Positions 13,456 to 29,389 of a DNA stretch of 64,000 bases are shown piece after piece (the first letter of the stretch is position 1; each line of letters starts with the position of its first letter). Under the pieces are notes generated by a model, which did not search any database, was not told where the DNA came from, and saw nothing but the letters and a program-made list of their open reading frames with translations. The translations under genes and the position numbers were made by a program. The stretch covers positions 223,014,001 to 223,078,000 of the forward strand of contig OX597814.1 of assembly GCA_951406725.2 (NCBI GenBank). The letters are read 5' to 3'. The stretch is from Octopus vulgaris (lineage: Eukaryota).

Positions 13456-14114
13456 TGAAAAACTATATAAGGATGTAAACACTCTCCACAACAATTGATG
13501 TTCGAGAAAAGTGTCGGAGACTCCTGACGGAGCGTTTAACTGAAATCTGTCAGGGGAATCCACCCCTTCTCTCGGCACACCAAAAGCAGCTAAAGAATGT
13601 TTAAAATCTGTATTGTCTCATAGCTTCGCTTTCTAATATCTAAATATATTTCAGTCCCCTAAATTTGCACTGTATCGTGTACAAAATGTATAGTGTTAAT
13701 TTTCTTCTCGCTTTCATCTAATTCAACCATTCTGTGTGCCTCCGTCGGATTCAAGACTGAAGCATATTCAGTTTCCAGGTACCTATCATGAACATTAACT
13801 CATAGTTTGACAGAGAATGACTGCCGTCAGACATATGTCAGCCGTTTTCACATATCGAAGTGTTTTTGTTGCTAATATCATAAATTTAGTTCATTTTTCT
13901 GACTATTAAGGATAAGCAAATAACTAGGAACAATATATTCATTCATATATTATTAATAATCTCAATAACTGCAGACAGGCCGTTTCAGTATATTCTGTAT
14001 TGCAGAAAAATATTACATTATATTATATTTATTCAGTTAATGAAAGGGAGATGAAAATGTTTTTGATAAATAAATAAAAACGTTAGCTAATAATTTTGTC
14101 TTGTTTCGATTTCA

Positions 14115-14152
<38 letters not shown>

Positions 14153-14665
14153 CAGAGAGGGGGAGAAACAGAAAGACTTGCAAACAAGGAGAGACAAACA
14201 GAAGGCAGAAAAACAGACAGACAGACAGATAGAAAGACACACGACAGACAGACAGACAGCCGGATGGACAGATGGACAGATAGGCAGGGATGGACAAACT
14301 AAGAAGGTGAAAACAGAAAGATACGTACAAAAGAGAGATAAAAACAACACGCATATTTAAGCAAGAATAAAAGTGCATGGCATTTAATCGTTTATCATGA
14401 AATGTTGAAAACCAATTGATGTGAGTTAGAAATTTTGTGAAACGTTTTAATATTATATCATTATATTGAGTTTTTTTTATTCTCATTGCGAAAATATTTC
14501 CGTTTCCGCTTTCTTTTTGTCTTTGTCGAAGAAACAAAGACTGGCAGAAATTTTCCGCAATATCAACGTCAGAGCTTTCTATGCTTTATTAAGAAAAAAA
14601 AAAACTAAGTACCCTTGATTTTACTTATTATAAATGATAGCAGGTCTCTTTCAATCAATCATTAA

Positions 14666-14701
<36 letters not shown>

Positions 14702-15348
14702 GTATCTCTCTCTCCCTCTGTATATATCTCTCTCCCTCTGTATCTCTTTCTCCCTCTGTATCTCTCTCTCTCTCTCCTTCTCTGAAAAAGAAAGGACATG
14801 ATTGATAAAACTTCCGCACGTTAAGTAATTCATCCGTCCATTCTTCCCTGAAGAGAACATATATCCCAGCATGGCCGCAATCAAATTACAAAAACAACTA
14901 AAAAGTAAATGATAAAAAGTTATAATAAATCTCAGAGCGAGTTATAAATAGTAGCTACAACATATCGTGACGTATATTTGCCATTTAAATATGGCTAACC
15001 CCTAAGGGTGGATGCTACTGTAGTTTGTAGCCCCAGGAGGACACCTCCTCCAGCAGGCTATAGACACACTTTCTGTGCCCTGTTAGTATTTGCAAAGGGA
15101 AGCCATCCTTCCCGTCTTCAACTTATGATACACACGGACTCGAGTTTCTGTGTATTGAACAGATGGATACATTAGTATAATTATACCTAAAATCTCTAAG
15201 AAGTTACGGAGATAGACAAAGAACGTGGTGTCTTACTCCAACATGAAACGATCGTACTGCATTACCTCTGGATATTCTTGTTGCTTATTTTGATTTATAT
15301 ATATATTATATATACTTACATATAAGAGAACAAAGTGTACGTACGCTG

Positions 15349-15401
<53 letters not shown>

Positions 15402-15402
15402 A

Positions 15403-15962
15403 AATGCAAAATGGGACAAGAACGCAAAACATCCGGACAACTAGGTGATACAAAATGAAGCCTTACGGCAGAGATACAAAAGTTTCACAAACACAGGGAA
15501 GAATATCGATGTTGCACCTTCCCACGTGACCGATAGGCCAGACTGCTAGCTCTCATTTTGGGTAAGTAAGGCTTCATTTCCACACACGCCAACTGAATTC
15601 AATTCGTCCCCAGTCGAAAGACACCTGTTGTTATGTCGTGTTATTATTATTTTTATTATTTTTATTGTATTTATATTGTATTTATATTTGTGTAACATGG
15701 TCTGTTTTTCCGTCCTTGTTTTCGTATACATTCGATGCTTTCTTCTAAGGAATCTAATGCTCTTAGCTTAGTTTCCCTTGCGGCTGGTCAGATTGGAGCA
15801 ATCTCAAGATTAATCAGTCGAAATTGCGAGGATGATCTGGTTCTTGACTGAGGATAGAAAGCTTCGTCCTTGTTTATTTGTATCGTCTATCTGGATGTTT
15901 TGTTATCCCTTTTTATATCACCTAGTTGTCCGGATGTTTTGCGTTCTTGTCCCATTTTGTAT

Positions 15963-15963
<1 letters not shown>
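15403..15963 (+). mobile_element. Small element with ~50-bp inverted termini between (TA)n tracts (putative PLE derivative)
   Basis: caaaaatgggacaagaacgcaaaacatccggacaactaggtgata near 15407-15450 has its reverse complement near 15915-15960. Confidence 0.7.
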
Positions 15964-15998
<35 letters not shown>

Positions 15999-16724
15999 TG
16001 TGCGTGTGTATGTGTTTGTGTGTGCGCGCGCGTAAATCCATCTCAAGCACTTCACAAAGTTACTCTGGAGCGATGATGCTATTAACCTGTTGAAAACACT
16101 ATATTAAAGCTGGAGTATGTTTATATTATAATCTTCTTTTGTTTAATCCTCTTTGCCAAGTGTTTATTACTTTTTTCATACTTTCACCCCATCAGAGTCT
16201 TATTTTGACTCCTCGAAACATTAATAATTTTTGCAAAATTCTTGTCGAGAATTACACCCGATTAAGATGAATACTGTATTTAATCTGTTGTGTGTATGTG
16301 GTTTAATGTCCATTGATGTATTCTCCGCAGAGTGTATTCTTGTGTTCCACATATTCTGAGGTTATTCAGAAACATTCATAGACGTCAGTATGTCTGTTGG
16401 ATACCAAAACGTTCTGTACAGTATATATATATATATATATATTTTTTTTATTTCATTTAAACTGATAATGAATTTAAAACTACGTGACTGAGGCTTGTTT
16501 TTGCCCATTAGCATAACTGTCCAGTAAGCCAACCTCACGTGTTGCAAATGTATAGAAATAATATATTATCGCAAGAGAATTTTGTAAGGGAAATAATATT
16601 TTATTTATAATGTTATGCTATAGCTAAACTTGTTTCTAAATGTCGACAAATTTTCGTTGAACCCTTTCTCGAATTACACTCGACTACGAGGAATTATATT
16701 GTAAATTCGTGAGTTAATGTTGGT

Positions 16725-16818
<94 letters not shown>

Positions 16819-17279
16819 TAAATAAATATATATATATAAATAAATAATATATATATATATATATATATATATGGCAAACTATGTTAAACAAGTGTATATC
16901 ATTCGTTCCCATCATCCATTTCACCCCTGCAATTCGATGTTTAAACACAATAGATTATCAGGGTGCGCATGTTATTATATTATGTTACAATGATCAAATG
17001 CCCAAATGCAGTTCAGCATTCAGTTGCACTAGGTTCATTCAATACTGTGTTTGCACATAAACGTAATAACGAACAGTACAAGTACGTAGAGAACCAATAA
17101 TATAAACTTGTGTTTATAATAATTTCTCCTACATTTACTCTGTATACCATAACCAGTAATATTACATAATATTGTAGTAACCATACCACTATACTGGAAG
17201 CAAATTGGATAATGATATTTTACGTGGAGCTCCAAAAATCCACCAGTAACAGTCGTACATTTATTTATACAGAAAGATG

Positions 17280-17555
<276 letters not shown>

Positions 17556-17921
17556 AGACACAATTGAGAATGACAAAAAAAAAGCAGAAAATGATCAAAG
17601 AAAACTGTCGAAGAAAATAGTAAAAATTATTCCATGAGGGAAGTAGATTTTTTTTCCTTAGAGTTTTATTCCCTGTGTGAATGAAAGCCTATTGCTCGTG
17701 ATGTGAAGACTCTCAGGTGAGAGAGTTTGTCACCTCGGAAATTTATCACATCCTCAATGAGGAACAATCCATATCTAATCCAACTGAAATGGTTTTCACT
17801 GGTATAAGAAATTCCAACATGGTTTTAATACAGCCAATTGTCCAATATATGAAATAAGTCAATATTGGTAAAAGTTTCTACGACATATTACTGAGCTTTA
17901 AGTGTAAACAATTCAGAAGTA

Positions 17922-18689
<768 letters not shown>

Positions 18690-19624
18690 AATTCGGAAGT
18701 AATTGATTCTTCCTCGATCACTGTGACTAAGGAACTCTTCATGACCAGAAAGCTATCCAGACCAACACAAATGGATAGCTATTTGGAAGCTGATGTTGTT
18801 CTAACGTTATTGCCATGAGCTAATATGCAAGTCTTGCTCTGCCATGCTTTCGTGACATGGAAACTGAAATTATTGCGTAGCAAAAGCAAGCTCTACGAAA
18901 ACTAAATCACCAGGTAACTTCATTTCACAACTGTACCAAACGTGTGTACTTTTGAGGATACATTTTAGACAGAAGTTAATGACATTTGTAGACTTACTCA
19001 CAATTAAGAATGATTCGGCTGGTGCTGCATTTTACCGAATACAGAAGAGTGAAAATCAATTTTTTTATTGGTGATTTTTAATTCTTATAAGGAAAATAGT
19101 CACAACTAACTACAAAAATCATTCTCTCCAGAATTCGAACGATTCTGTGGATCAATCACAAGGATTCTTATTGATTTATCTGCCTTCAGTGGTTCAATTA
19201 AACTTAGGTAAATAAAAATATAGACCTCCACATATCCCATAAAGAAAAATGAAAGCATGAAGTTTGCAAAACAGTAGATATATACAAAATAGAGGGAAAT
19301 ATGGCTTTATTTCCGTATAAATGCAAAATAATATCTAATAAATGAAAGTGAAGAGCAGTTACGGAAAATATCCGGACGTGGATAAAAAATCACCAGTTAT
19401 GTCAAGTTATACACGACGACTCTGACAGTGACCCTCTCGTATTAAATCCGGATGACCTAATGGTGCCAGAAAGCATATATTGAGAGTCATTGTTCTCTAA
19501 GTATTCCTTGTTTTATACTCCAAGATCATTGATATGTTAACCAAGAATATTCTGCATACGCAAGACTTTTGTAATCGGCTCTTCTTCCCCATATATTACA
19601 TAGTCGTTATCTACTTGTGAATGA

Positions 19625-20168
19625 AGGTAACAAGCTGGCAGAACAGTTAGCATGCCGTACAAAATGCTTAGCGGCATTTTGTCCCTTTTTATGTTCTGAA
19701 TTCAAATTTCTCCGAAGTCAATTTTGTCTTTCATGCTTTCGGGGTCGATGACAAAAAGTACCAATTGAGCACAGGGGTTGATGTGATCGACAAACACCCC
19801 CCCCCCAGCAAACATTTTAGGCCTTGTGCCGACAGTAGAAAAGATTATCAATTTCTGAAGGCCCAGCCTGGCATTGCGCTTCGTTCCCATTATAATGAAT
19901 TTACCCCATCTTGTTGATTTTAGAATAGCCACTAACTCTTTTATAGCTGGCAGAAACGTTAGCACGCTGGGCGAAATGCGTAGCCGTATTTCGTCTGCCG
20001 TTACGTTCTGGGTTCAAATTCCGCCGAGGTCGACTTTGCTCTTCATCCTTTCGGGGTCGATAAATTAAGTACCAGTTACGCACTGGGGTCGATGTAATCG
20101 ACTTAATCCGTTTGTCTGTCCTTGTTTGTCCCTTCTGTGTTTAGCACCTTGTGGGCAATAAAGAAATA
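19625..20168 (+). mobile_element. Two SINE family-1 copies (19625-19845 diverged; 19945-20168)
   Basis: gctggcagaa heads, ttcaaatt B box and tttcggggtcgat body. Confidence 0.85.
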
Positions 20169-20979
20169 TATTTTATACCTCGACCTTCTTCAGGTTTTCT
20201 CCCCCATTCCCTTCACTGACATCCAGCTTCGATATGCTCCCTGTCATTAAAAGAGGAGGGAGTGGTCCTGCTGGGCGGTGATGTCTTGGGTTTATCAGCT
20301 CCAGGAACATATGTCACGGTAATACCTTCCATCATTATTAGGGAAGTTAGTAATTTTATTCACATCGCAAATAATTACGAGAAACAAGGGTGACTGCCAC
20401 ATTTTTTTCATTAGAAGTACGTGTCGGTTTTTATTTCATTAGATTATTTGATTAGCAGAATCGTTAAACAAGGGAGTTACGTGCCTAATGCTATTTATGT
20501 TATGTGTCAAAAGCTATTTATCTTTTGATTTTAAATTCTGAAGCGATCGGTTTAGTTCTTCATTCTTCTGTAGTCGACAAAATAAATCCCAGGTTATTCT
20601 AGAATTGAACACAGTGCTAACATTCTACAGAATGTGTGATATTTTGCCAAAATTAGAAGTCCTTATCATTTCTCGTTACAGAGAAGTAGGTGGAGGCCTC
20701 CCCAAGAAACAGGATCGAGACTAATTTTTATCAATTTCATTTACTTGACAGCACTATAGATAAAGTATTCATACAACTATAAATTTTTCACTGTTTTGAG
20801 AAAGGTGTCACCATTGCAACATTCAGTATTCATGTTTATATAGCAAACTATTTTCACATGAACTTAAATTTGTTGAGTAGTCAATCACTGGGAGTCTTAT
20901 AGAATAAATAATGAACATTTGTTGAATATTTAATATTCTTCGCTCATAAAAGTAGGAATTTCTTTTTCTGTCCTTACAG

Positions 20980-21006
20980 GTATTCTTCAATGCAAGAGCA
21001 TTACAG
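20980..21006 (+). other. Candidate 27-nt microexon
   Basis: Strong acceptor tttctttttctgtccttacAG and donor CAG|GTAACT. Length is a multiple of 3 and all three frames are open. Confidence 0.35.
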
Positions 21007-21186
21007 GTAACTTTGTACTAAGTAATGTAGTGCCTAGTGTGGAGCTCCTTAATCTCTTTGATTTCGTGATAGACTGGTGATTAAATAAACAATTATTTGT
21101 GTACTGCAGATAAAATGAAGCAAAATAAAAATTACTCATGCCGAAATTTAAACAAAACTAGGTTTTATTTTAATATATATATATAT

Positions 21187-21235
<49 letters not shown>

Positions 21236-22429
21236 CTGCGTGCGTGTGTATGTTTATTTTATTGAATTATTTTTATGTGTAAGATAATTACGAATAACGT
21301 ATCATAATTCCAAAAATCTTTGAATATTTCCCAATGCTTTCAACTATATTATTATAAACCCATGGCGCACAGTTTGAAAGATACCGTTCTACTGTATAAA
21401 ACAGATTCAGTATTGTCTAATTCTTTTGGACAGACATGGAGATGATTATATATCATTTCATCTCTAAAAACATGTATTCATATGCCTAATTAAATGTCTC
21501 TAGTACAGCGTAATATTCTTGTTAATATCTGCGATCTTTGTTGCCTGACTCACTTTAGTGCTCAAGTCTCAGTTGGATTTAAATTGCCTTTGGTCTTTCC
21601 GTAGTCGAGAAATTAATTATCTAATAATTCAAATAAATATTTCACTTACAAAAGATCTATACATAAAGTTAAAATAAAGAAACAATTTTTCTTGTTTGGA
21701 ACTTGTTGCAGCTGTACAAGTTCAAATTCACCGAAAGGGCACTTCATTTTACATTGACTTAGTTCAACGTGTTGTACAGATGCATATCCTCGCAGTTAAC
21801 GGACATATGACCCGTGCAGAGATTTTGTGTTTGGTAAGTCAAATAAGGTTATTTGCCATGCCATTCTTAAAGCTGCAGAAATCTGATAGAATTGCATTAT
21901 ACTGCATTATCTGCGTAACAATTTCTGCTGCGCAAAGTAACATATGAGAAGCTGACAGTTATGCAGAATGTATGATTCACATTATGTTCTAAAGTTTAAC
22001 GGAAATAATCGAATACTTCCCAGAGTTGTATTTGTTAACACGAAACTAATATACTCCTTGTCAGAGTATATACTCCTTGTCAAGTGCACCACATATTTTG
22101 CCAATACTATCTCAAAACGGGATTGTTTCGGTAGGTAAAATACCAGTGTTTGTAGGCAAAAATATCATCACATGACTCACGTTGTTTCGGGAATATTCGT
22201 AAATGGTTGTATGTCTGTAAAAGAGGAGCTCAGAGAATAATGAATTGATCCACACTAGTTTTCACACTCGGCTAGTAATAATAATGACGTTTAAACGGAG
22301 AGCAAAAGAAAAGGAACTAAATTTAGAAGTAGAGAAAAAGAAGGGAGAAATTGCAAACCCTGTACGGGGTAACATTAAAATTCTTTAAAAGTAGAGGAGC
22401 TCCAATTTTTTCATACATACACACATAGT

Positions 22430-22790
22430 AAATATCTCTTTGAAAATCAAAGAAAAAGATGATATCTATGGACAACTGCTTCGAAACATCCAATTTCAAT
22501 ATCCAGACTATGAATTTATATTCATACCAATAATAATCGGGGCATTGGGTTTTGTTAGTAAATGCCTAAAGGAGAATCTGGATGAACTGGGAAATCCACC
22601 GGCTAATTCGCACATTAGAAGTGCAATCTGTGAGCTAACAGTGAAAATATACAAGACATTTTCTCAAGTTCCAAATGTGAATTTGTCTGTGTCAACAACA
22701 TCATCCCAAAGCAGGAGACTTGTATCTTTATTGGAACCCAGCACCCTTCTCAGTGGAAGATTTATAATAATAAAAAATTGAAGAGACACA
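22430..22790 (+). mobile_element. R4/Dong-like 3' fragment
   Basis: KIKEKDDIYGQLLRN.Q..YPDYE.IF.P.IIGALG, the same family as 6985-7710. Confidence 0.85.
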
Positions 22791-22818
22791 TACATACATA
22801 TATACATACACACACACA

Positions 22819-22906
<88 letters not shown>

Positions 22907-22986
22907 TAGATAGATAGATAGATAGATAAAACTTACATGGAAATGGTTGCGTAGCGTTCGATCATATAATAATATGAATAATATTA

Positions 22987-25095
22987 CTAACAGCCAGACG
23001 CTTTGCAAATAGGTATTGGCAGGAAATCTGTCAGAGTATCCAGTCAGCTGCTGACAGGGACGACACCCGTGGGATGTATGCTGGTTTGAAGAAGGCCCTC
23101 GGTCCATCCGCAACCAAGTCAGCCCCTCTGAAATCAACTACTGGAGATCTCATCAGGGATCAAGGCATGCAAATGGATAGATGGGTGGAGCACTACCAGG
23201 ATCTCTACTCACGGGAGACTACAGTGGCTGAGGCTGCAGTCGAGAGTGTCAAGATCTTGCCAGTCATGTGCAAACTTGACAGTCCGCCATCTATAGCAGA
23301 GCTCACCAAGGCTGTTGACTCCCTAGCAAGAAACAAGGCTCCGGGAAAAGACGGCATCCCCTCAGAGATCATCAAAGCCGGCAAAAACACCATCCTGCTT
23401 CGGCACCTTCATGAGCTTCTGTGTCAGTGCTGGGAAGAGGGTACAGTCACTCAGGATATGCAGGATGCTAACATCATTACACTTTACAAAAACAAAGGTG
23501 ACCGTGGTAATTGTAACAATTACCGTGGTATATCTCTTCTAAGCACTGTTGGAAAGACCTTTGCCCGCGTTATCCTGGCCAGGCTACAACTACTTGCTTC
23601 TCAAATCTATCCGGAATCGCAGTGTGGCTTTAGAAGAAGCAGATCAACTATTGACATGATATTCTCCATACGCCAACTTCAGAAATACAGAGAGCAGAAA
23701 ATGCCATTATATATGGCCTTCATTGATCTACCAAAGGCTTTTGATTCGTTAAGCAGAACAGGCCTCTTCATCCTGCTCCAAAAAATTGGATGTCCACCAA
23801 AGCTGCTGAGGATCATCAAGTCTTTCCATGATGACATGCAAGGCACCATACAGCACAACGGTTCAACATCAGCCGCCTTCCAAATAAAAAACGGGGTAAA
23901 GCAAGGTTGTGTCCTCACTCCTACATTATTTGGCATCTTCTTCTCGCTCTTACTCTCACATGCCTTTCAGACATCAGATGATGGAGTGTTTCTGCACAGT
24001 AGAAGTGACGGGAAACTGTTCAATCTCTCGCGCCTGCGTGCCAAGACCAAAATCAGACACGTCCTGATCAAGGAGGTGCTATTTGCTGATGATGCCGCTC
24101 TGGTATCACACACAGAAGAAACCCTCCAAAGGCTCATTAACTGTTTTGAGCAAGCATGTAACGACTTTGGCTTAGCTATCAGCCTTAAGAAGACCAACAT
24201 CATGGGTCAGGCTACATCGGACATCCCAAACATACATATTGGAGACCACAAATTACAAAAGGTGGAAAAGTTTACCTATCTGGGCTCTACCGTCACCTAC
24301 AACATATCCCTTGATGTTGAGCTCAATATACGCATTGGCAAGGCAGCTGATGTGATGGCCCAACTCTCCAAACGGGCATGGGACAACACTAATCTGACCA
24401 AGACCACAAAAATGAAGATCTACCAGGCATGTGTACTTAGCACTCTACTGTATGGAAGTGAGACTTGGACGCCATACACACGCCAAGAGCGTCGCCTAAA
24501 CATCTTTCACCTGCGCTGCCTCCGAAAAATCCTCTGCATCAAATGGCAGAATCATATCCCCAACAAAGATGTCCTCAGGCAAGCAGGAATATCAAGCATG
24601 TTTGCACTCCTCACACAAAGACGTATGAGATGGCTTGGACATGTTAGCTGTATGGAAGATGGCAGAATTCCCAAGGACATACTCTACGGAGAGCTTGCTA
24701 GGGGTACTAGGTCTGTGGGTAGACCGATCTTACGTTACAAGGATGTTTGCAAAAGGGACATGAAGGCCTGCAACATCAATATTAGCCGTTGGGAGGCAGT
24801 TGCCGGCAACCGTGGAGAATGGCGACGTACCGTAAAAGAGGGAATACAAAGGAGTGACAGAAAGAGAAAGGAGAAATGGAAAGACAAGAAAAGACGTCAA
24901 CAAGAAACTATGTCATTACAACCAGCCAGGCAAAGTCTTCGCTACATTTGCGGTACCTCCCAGAGGGAGAGTTTGTCCAGGATAGGACTACAGAGCCACA
25001 GCAAGAAATGTATCAGGACATGACATGTAAAAGCCGGACTAGACTACTTTATGCGCAACTCTATTGTCTCCCGAGACAAAAAGGATGCCAACAAC

Positions 25096-25097
<2 letters not shown>
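22987..25097 (+). mobile_element. RTE-clade LINE, 5'-truncated, with (CAA)n tail
   Basis: Colinear with the reverse complement of 3938-5995. Ends gatgccaacaacaac. Confidence 0.95.
23074..25023 (+). CDS. RTE LINE reverse transcriptase (649 aa, endonuclease domain missing)
   Basis: Uninterrupted ORF with KAPGKDGIP, NYRGISLLS, QCGFR, FIDLPKAFDS, GVKQGCVLTP, LFADD, FTYLGS, LLYGSETW, RWLGHV and a degenerate C-terminal zinc-knuckle-like region. Confidence 0.9.
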   Translation: MYAGLKKALGPSATKSAPLKSTTGDLIRDQGMQMDRWVEHYQDLYSRETTVAEAAVESVKILPVMCKLDSPPSIAELTKAVDSLARNKAPGKDGIPSEIIKAGKNTILLRHLHELLCQCWEEGTVTQDMQDANIITLYKNKGDRGNCNNYRGISLLSTVGKTFARVILARLQLLASQIYPESQCGFRRSRSTIDMIFSIRQLQKYREQKMPLYMAFIDLPKAFDSLSRTGLFILLQKIGCPPKLLRIIKSFHDDMQGTIQHNGSTSAAFQIKNGVKQGCVLTPTLFGIFFSLLLSHAFQTSDDGVFLHSRSDGKLFNLSRLRAKTKIRHVLIKEVLFADDAALVSHTEETLQRLINCFEQACNDFGLAISLKKTNIMGQATSDIPNIHIGDHKLQKVEKFTYLGSTVTYNISLDVELNIRIGKAADVMAQLSKRAWDNTNLTKTTKMKIYQACVLSTLLYGSETWTPYTRQERRLNIFHLRCLRKILCIKWQNHIPNKDVLRQAGISSMFALLTQRRMRWLGHVSCMEDGRIPKDILYGELARGTRSVGRPILRYKDVCKRDMKACNINISRWEAVAGNRGEWRRTVKEGIQRSDRKRKEKWKDKKRRQQETMSLQPARQSLRYICGTSQRESLSRIGLQSHSKKCIRT

Positions 25098-25176
<79 letters not shown>

Positions 25177-25192
25177 GCCTACAGACATATGT

Positions 25193-25470
25193 ATATATAC
25201 ATGCATATAAGGGTACAGGACGTCAAAAGAAAAAAACGTGAACAAAATGAGAATCGAGTACATAAAAAACAAAAACATTGAAAACGAACTTTTTTCGAAC
25301 AACGAAAGAAACAAATAGAGAAACGATACAGGCAACAAATAGAACATTAGGAATGTTTCTTTCGTTGTTCGAAAAAAAGTTCGTTTTCCATGTCTTTGCA
25401 TTTTATGTTCTCGTTTCTCATTTTGTTCACGTTTTTTTGACGTCCTGTACCCATATTTGCATGTATATAT
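25193..25470. repeat. Imperfect fold-back (arms ~120 bp) inside microsatellite
   Basis: gggtacaggacgtcaaaa...ttcgaacaacgaaagaaaca pairs with tgtttctttcgttgttcgaa...ttttgacgtcctgtaccc. Confidence 0.85.
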
Positions 25471-25587
25471 ACAGATGTATGTAGGTATGTACATATATGT
25501 ATGTATCTATGCATATATATATTATTCATATAATTATTATCATCATCATCATCATTATCATCATTATCATCATCATCATCATCATCA

Positions 25588-25634
<47 letters not shown>

Positions 25635-25780
25635 TTGATAGAAATGGTAAGACAACAAAAGAATGAAAGAGACCTTGATATTATGTAAATAGAGGAATTT
25701 ATCTGTTAATGTAATATGTGACAATTATTCGGTAGCCATGATAAAAATCCAAGTTTTCGGATAGCATTTTTCCGATGGCT

Positions 25781-25842
25781 GAATAACTGAAGAGATAGCG
25801 GCGTGGATTTCCACACAGACATCCGAAATTCGGAGTTTTATC
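25781..25842 (+). ncRNA. Hammerhead ribozyme motif inside a 50-bp inverted repeat (25712-25870)
   Basis: aataa CTGAAGA (25787) gat...gtgg-attt-ccac...atcc GAAA ttc g gag TT ttat. The base of stem II is imperfect. Confidence 0.55.
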
Positions 25843-25872
25843 ATGGCTACCGAATAATTGTCACGTATTACG

Positions 25873-27424
<1,552 letters not shown>

Positions 27425-27797
27425 ATACAAATACATATATATATTTATATAGATATACATATGTATATATATATATATATGTATGTATATACATATATAT
27501 ATACATATGCATATATATATGTATACATATATATTTAAATAAATATACACATACACATATACATACACTCGTATATATAAACGTATATATGTATGTATAT
27601 ATGTCTATTATATATGTGTGAATATATATATATATATATAATAGATAAATAGTTATATAAGTATTTGTAATGTATATATATATATGAATGTATATATGTA
27701 TATATGCGTGTGTATGTATGTACCTATATATATGTGTGTGTGTATGCACAGATACATAGATGCATGCATACATACATACATACATGCATACATACAT

Positions 27798-27855
<58 letters not shown>

Positions 27856-27899
27856 CGTCGCTAAATGATGGAGGGCGACGTAATAAACTACATGCATCA

Positions 27900-28988
27900 A
27901 CTTGCTATAAGAGCAGGTAGTAGTTTTACCTTGCACTTATTCTTAGTGCAAGTTTTTGAAGAGTGCAGTTCGACTTTGACAGTTATTAATTCGAAGCTAT
28001 AATGGAAGTGACAAAGGAACATATTCGGCATATTTAGCTTTATGAGTTCAATAAAGGCAACAACAGAACGGAAAGGACGAGGAATATTAATGCAGTATAT
28101 GGTGATCGGACAGCAAACGTAAACCAGTGTCAACAGTGGTTCCAGAAATTCCGAGCCGGAAACTACAGCCTACAAGACGGACATTGTAACTTTTGAGGAA
28201 CTATCATGGTAGCTTGGATTTGGTCATTCAATCATTCGTCGACACCTACGTGACATCGGAAATTGGATCACAAACTATCCGAGTCTAATCGCGCGCAGAG
28301 AATGAATGTGTGCTCTTCTTTGCTGTCATGCCTTACGAATGAACGATTTTTGGACCGAATAGTGACTGGTGACGAGAAAGGGATTCTCTATAAAATTGTT
28401 AAATGCCAGAGACAGTGGATAGGGAAAGGAGAAACACCAGCATCCCAAGCTAAAGAAGGTCTTCATCCACGTAAAGTGTTGCTATTTGTTTGTTAGGGTA
28501 TGATATGTTTAGTCCAGTTTGAACTTTTAAACCTAAACCAAACGATAACAAAAGAGATCTAGTGCAAGCAGCTTGAGCGGCTTAAGTCAGCGCTAGAAAA
28601 AAAATGACCGTCTTTGATTTCAAGATGAAAGGTATTCTTCCATCAGGATAATACTTGGCCACATACAGCGAGGATAACATTCCATTCCAAAGGCTGGAAA
28701 AGTTTCAATAGGAAACGATGGTCCGTTTACCATGTACGCCTGACATTGCCGTATCTGATCATCATTTATTCCACAGTCTCCAAAATCACTTGGACGGAAA
28801 AAATATGAATTTTGTGGACGAGGTATTTTTTGTCACGGACAAGTGAATTTTGGAAGAGGAACCTTGAAAATCTACCGAATAGATGGAAGAGCTGTGTAGA
28901 AAATGAAGGAGAGTATATTTTAGATTTAAAAATTTTGAAAAATAATGGAAGTATAAAAAACCACAGTATTTATGAGATGACCCAATAC
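27900..28988 (+). mobile_element. Decayed mariner (DD34D) transposon
   Basis: WFQKFRAGN, WDHKLSESNRAQR...DRIVTGDEKGILY, FHQDN and PDIAVSDHHLF motifs. 3' TIR-like tatttatgagatgacccaata. Confidence 0.9.
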
Positions 28989-29232
28989 TCAAGCGCGCGC
29001 GCAAACACACACAGACACACACAGACACACACACACATATTCAGATGTAGTTGGTTATGAGAGCAACTTACGTTCTTGTGACCTTTTACTAAGAGAGACG
29101 CTCTTTCACATTTCCCCTGATAGAGTTTTATTATATTTTAAGTTTACTTCATGATTTTGTAATCTCTTCGAAAAATTGTTAGATAATGGAGTAATGAAAC
29201 TGACGACACTTTTCGTGTTGTTTTTGTTGATG

Positions 29233-29342
29233 TTAATGATGATGATGATGATGATGATGACGATTATGATGACGATGTTGATGATGATGACGATGATGAT
29301 GACGATGTTGATGATGACGATGATGATGACGATGATGATGAC

Positions 29343-29389
<47 letters not shown>

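Noticed and set aside
20215-20335. Short minus-strand ORF MMEGITVTYVPGADK
   Set aside because: Only a faint likeness to an LTR-element RNase H end; too short to call.
21902-21972. Possible pre-miRNA hairpin (tgcattatctgcgtaac / gttatgcagaatgta)
   Set aside because: Stem is only ~15 bp with a large irregular loop, and I recognise no mature miRNA.
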